NCBI GenBank assembly: GCA_038087875.1
Contig: JAXLNO010003758.1
Location: 62,001-126,000, forward strand
Direction: 5' to 3'
Source: Malacoraja senta
Lineage: Eukaryota
Length of the DNA: 64,000 nt
Part shown: piece by piece, positions 59,543-64,000 of the stretch
Position numbering within the stretch: the first letter of the stretch is position 1
Layout: every line of letters begins with the position of its first letter
The notes under the pieces: generated by a model
The model's input: only the letters and a program-made list of their open reading frames with translations
Told to the model about the DNA's origin: nothing
The model's database searches: none
Program-made: the position numbers and the translations under genes

Positions 59543-62500
59543 ACTGGAGGACAGAGGATCTAAGGGGGTAGAGGAACTGAAATAAATTTTCATTAGGCGA
59601 GAAATAGTATTGGGTTGGCTAATGGGACTGAAGGATGATAAATCCCCTGGGCCTGATGGTCTGCATCCCAGGGTTCTCAGGGAGGTGGCTCTAGAAATAG
59701 TGGACGCATTGGTGATCATTTTCCAATGTTGAATAGATTCAGGATCAGTTGCTGTGGATTGGAGGACAGCTAATGTTATCCCACTTTTCAATAAAGGAGC
59801 GAGAGAGAAAATGGGGAATTACAGACCAGTTAGCCGGGAGGAGGGAGGGAGAGGGAGGCCTCCCAGTTAGAATTACAGACCAGTTAGGTGGGAAAGATGC
59901 TGGAGTCAATTATTAAAGAGGTAATAATGGGGCATTTGGATAGCAGTAAAAGGATTAGTCCAAGTCAACATGGATTTATGAAAGGGAAATCATGCTTGAC
60001 TAATCTTCTGGAATTTTTTGAGGATGTGACAAGTAAAATGGATGAAGGGGTGCCAGTGGATGTAGTGTATCTAGACTTTCAGAAAACCTTTGATAAGGTC
60101 CCGCACGGGAGACTGGTGACTAAAATTAGAGCACGGTATTAGAGGTAGGGTGTTGACATGGATAGAAAATTGGTTGGCAGACCGGAAGCAAAGAGTAGGA
60201 GTGAACAGGTCCTTTTCAGAATGGGATGCAGTGGCGAGTGGAGTGCCGCAAGGCTCGGTGTTGGGGAAGCAACTGTTTACCATATAAATTAATGATTTGG
60301 AAGAGGGAATTAGGAGCAACACTAGCAAGTTTGCGGATGACACAAAGCTGGGTGGCAGTGTGAACTGTGAAGAGGATGTTAGGAGGTTGCAGGGTGACCT
60401 GGACAGGTTGAGTGAGTGGGCAGATGCGTGGCAGATGCAGCAGGGCTGGAAATTAGCGGTTGCCTGGGCCCCATTGACCACAGAAAGTGCCCCCGGGCAA
60501 CCTAAACGGCGACTCATTTTGCCCGGCTTGGCACCCAAATACTGGTTTATACCGGTAGACGCAAAAAACTGCAGTAACTCATGCAGCATCTCCAGCGAAT
60601 AGGAACTGACGTTTCGGGTCAGCGGCTGTATTCCTCTAGTATCTTTGATTGCGGGTCAAAGATACTAGGTGCCTGGTGACGAAGGGTCGGGGCGAATGAC
60701 GGGCCCCGAACAGCGGCAACAGCGGCCGCGACAGCAGCTCCACCGCCTCCCGCCCGGCGGAAGGAGGCCTCCCTCTTTCCCCCCCCTCCTCGGCATGCGA
60801 GAGGGGGTTGTTTTGAAAGCGTCTTTTGCGGATTTGCCATCAGTGGCTCCTATCGCCCTGATAACGGTCGCTGCTTGCAACTCCGCTAACGACACTTTCA
60901 AACCAACCCCACTCGCACGCCGAGGCCGGGAGGAGGGAGGGAGAGGGAGGCCTCCTTCCGCCGTCTGAAGCAGCTGCACCAAAGATCCTACAGCTATAGG
61001 ATCTTTGAGCTGCACCGCTCGGCCCCGCACCTTCCTGTCGGCTGGCGGAGGAGGGGAGGCGGTGGCGAGGAGGCGGCGACGGCACTTTGGTGTTGGACAG
61101 GGACGGCCAAGGCAGCGGGGCGATGTCCGAGGAGCGCTTACCTTTCTTCCTCCCCACCTCCTCTGCCCCTTCCCCCCCCCCTCTTTCTCTCTCTCTCTCT
61201 TGTACGCCCCCCTCCACCGCTCTTATCCTGGGACCCCTCCTCTCCATCCCGCACTGATCCCCATTCCCTCCTCTATTCAGTCCTCACTGACATCCTCTGT
61301 GCTCCCCTCCCCATCTACCCCCCCCAATCTATTCATCACCCTACCCACCTCGCATTGATTCTTCTGCCACCCCCCCCCCCCATCCATCCTACACTGGTCC
61401 CCCAATTCATCCTGTACTGATCCCCCTTCCCATCCATCCTGCACTTCTCCCCCCCCCCATTCATACTGCACTGATCCTCCCATTCATCCCGTACTGACCC
61501 ACCCTCCATTTACCCTGCACCAAGCCCCCCATCCATCCTGTAGTGATCTCCGCATTCATCTTTTACTGATCGCCCATTCATCCTGTACTGATCCCCTCAT
61601 TCATCCTGTAGTGATCTCCCATTCATCCTGCATAGACCCTCTGATCCACACTGCTCTGACCCCCCCATTCATCCTGTACTGATATTCCCATTCATCCTGT
61701 GCTGATCCCCCCCATTCAAAAAGAATGGGGGGAACAGTCTGAAGAAGGGTCTCGACCCGAAACGTTGCTTATTTCCTTAGCTCCATAGATGCTGCCTCAC
61801 CCGCTGAATTTCTCCAGCCTTTTTGTCTACCCCCATTCGTCCTGTACTGAACCCCCATTCATCCTATACTGATTCCCCCCATCCATCCCATATTGATCCC
61901 CCCCATTCAACACCACTGACATCCCCCGTGCTCTCCTCTCACAATTTTACATACTCCAACCAACACGTACTAATCACCTGCCGCAATCCATACATTCCGC
62001 ACCGATTGCCTTCTCAACCCCCCCCCCCCGCCATCTATCCACCCCGCACTGATTCACACACCCCCTGACCCTATTGTGCTTCATGGTCTTCAGAGCGAAC
62101 ATTGATTATGTTTGATAACTGAATGTAATCAAATGTGTTTTAATTCCCAATGTTATTATTTGTTTTTGACACCTTTAAACATATTACCAAAAGAACATTT
62201 GCTGCAGTTATGTCCTTTGGCCATCTCTTGTCAGTTAGTGTAATGTTTAACCTGTCAGATGGGTATACATAGATACATAGAAAATAGGTGCAGGAGTAGG
62301 CCATTCGGCCCTTCGAGCCTGCACTGCCATTCAATATGATCATGGCTGATCATCCAACTCAGTATCCCGTACCTGCCTTCTCTCCATACCCCCTGATCCC
62401 TTTAGCCACAAGGGCCACATCTAACTCCCTCTTAAATATAGCCAATGAGCTGGCCTCAACTACCCTCTGTGGCAGAGAGTTCCAGAGATTCACCACTCTC

Positions 62501-64000
62501 TGTGTGAAAAAGTTTTTTCTCATCTCGGTCTTAAAGGATTTCCCCCTTATCCTTAAGCTGTGACCCCTTGTCCTGGACTTCCCCAACATCGGGAACAATC
62601 TTCCTGCATCTAGCCTGTCCAACCCCATAAGAATGTTGTAAGTTTCTATAAGATCCCCTCTCAATCTCCTAAATTCTAGCGAGTATAAGCCAAGTCTATC
62701 CAGTCTTTCTTCATATGAAAGTCCTGACATCCCAGGAATCAGTCTGGTATAGTCGGTACAGTCAGGAATAGTCGGTATTAACAGCTATTATCATAAAATG
62801 CCTTTAGAAATTTCCTTGCAACCTGTATATTTTGTTATGGATAAATTATGTGGGAAGCCAGAGTGTTTCTGTGCCAATAGCAATAACGACCCATGCTATG
62901 GACATGTCATGGTAATTTTCGGTCCTTCACAGAAAACATGGTTGCATCAATTTGTAGTGTGTATGGTTAAGCATATGCTGATGGGTTTCACCCTTCTTCA
63001 GACTGATGGGTTTCGGCCTGAAACGTTGCTTATTTCCTTCGCTCCATAGATGCTGCTGCACTCGCTGAGTTTCTCCAGCACTTTTGTCTACCTTTGATTT
63101 TCCAGCATCTGCAGTTCCTTCTTGAACATAATATGTGAATGCTTCATTGAGCATAATTCCGAATGGTACCTAAGCACTTCGTCCGAGCACATTATCGCAC
63201 GGGTCATGCAAACCGTCTTCAATGACCACCTAAACTGTCATTTGGCAACCTAAAAAGCTGTCAAGGTTGCCCGGCTGGCAACAGGGGAAAAAAGTTAAGT
63301 GAGAGCCCTGTGCAGTATAATATAGATAATTGTGAGGTTATCCACTTTGGCGGCAAAAACAAGGGAGCAGATTATTATCTCAATGGGGTTAGGTTAGGTA
63401 AGGGGGAGGTACAGCGAGACCTGGGTGTCCTTGTACACTGAAAGTTGGCGTGCAGGTACAGCAGGCAGTGAAGAAAGCTAATGGAATGTTGGCCTTCATA
63501 ACAAGAGGATTTCAGTACAGGAGTAAAAAGGTTCTTCTGCAGTTGTATAGGGCTCTGGTGAGACCACATCTGGAGTATTGTGTACAGTTTTGGTCTCCTA
63601 ATTTGAGGAAGGACATCCTTGTGATTGAGGCAGTGCAGCGTAGGTTCACGAGATTGATCCCTGGGATGGCGGGACTATCATATGAGGAAAGATTGAAAAG
63701 ACTAGGCTTGTATTCACTGGACTTCAGAAGGATGAGGGGGATCTTATAGAAACATAAAATTATAAAAGGACTGGACAAGCTAGATGCAGGAAAAATGTTC
63801 CCAATGTTGGGCGAGTCCAGAATCAGGGGCCACAGTCTTAGAATAAAGCGGAGGTCATTTAAGACTGAGGTGAGAAAAAAACGTTTTCACCCAGAGAGTT
63901 GTGAATTTATGGAATTCCCTGCCACAGAGAGCAGTGGAGGCCAAATCATTGGATGGATTTAAGAAAGAGTTAGATAGAGCTCTAGGGGCTAGTGGAGTCA
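59543..64000 (+). mobile_element. CR1 (family C) RT and 3' region, interrupted by hAT-like copy 2
   Basis: KSPGPDGLHPR..FADD..WADAWQMQ | YN..CEVIHFG continues after 63310. Confidence 0.9.
60441..63310. mobile_element. Non-autonomous hAT-like transposon copy 2, perfect 5-bp TSD TGCAG
   Basis: CAGGGCT...AGCCCTG; TGCAG at 60436-60440 and 63311-63315. Carries a C-rich ~20-bp minisatellite, pLTR repeats (61739, ~62990) and a CR1-B 3' fragment (~62265-62747). Confidence 0.9.

Overview
This is eukaryotic (not prokaryotic) genomic DNA, almost certainly a cartilaginous fish and probably a skate/ray (inferred from the IgW/IgNAR-type exon and the repeat families). Roughly 85-90% is nested transposable elements, with one assembly gap (12872-13187). 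The first 32 kb is a single old + strand L1 element shattered by nested insertions. These include a 7.0-kb LTR-bounded endogenous retrovirus (5-bp TSD, tRNA-Pro PBS, env remnants, two different integrase tails), a full-length younger L1 with TSD, several CR1 LINEs (one nearly intact), and a non-autonomous CAGGGCT-terminated DNA transposon with 5-bp TSD. The second half has a Gypsy LTR+gag, a Penelope (GIY-YIG) element, Rex1/Babar LINEs and partner SINE-like repeats, Harbinger-like MITEs and a complete-ended DIRS (tyrosine recombinase) element. Non-TE signals are one open Ig C1-set exon resembling IgNAR C3/IgW CH4 (43027-43344), possible eroded neighbouring Ig exons, and a CpG-rich housekeeping-type promoter with a short unidentified first exon (46850-47075). 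The most interesting recurring motif is a Penelope-derived ~100-bp repeat with a minimal hammerhead-ribozyme core (more than a dozen copies, many degenerate), inserted with 8-15 bp TSDs that match its own 3' end. All family assignments come from motif recognition by eye; no database search was run, and TE boundaries without a TSD are approximate.
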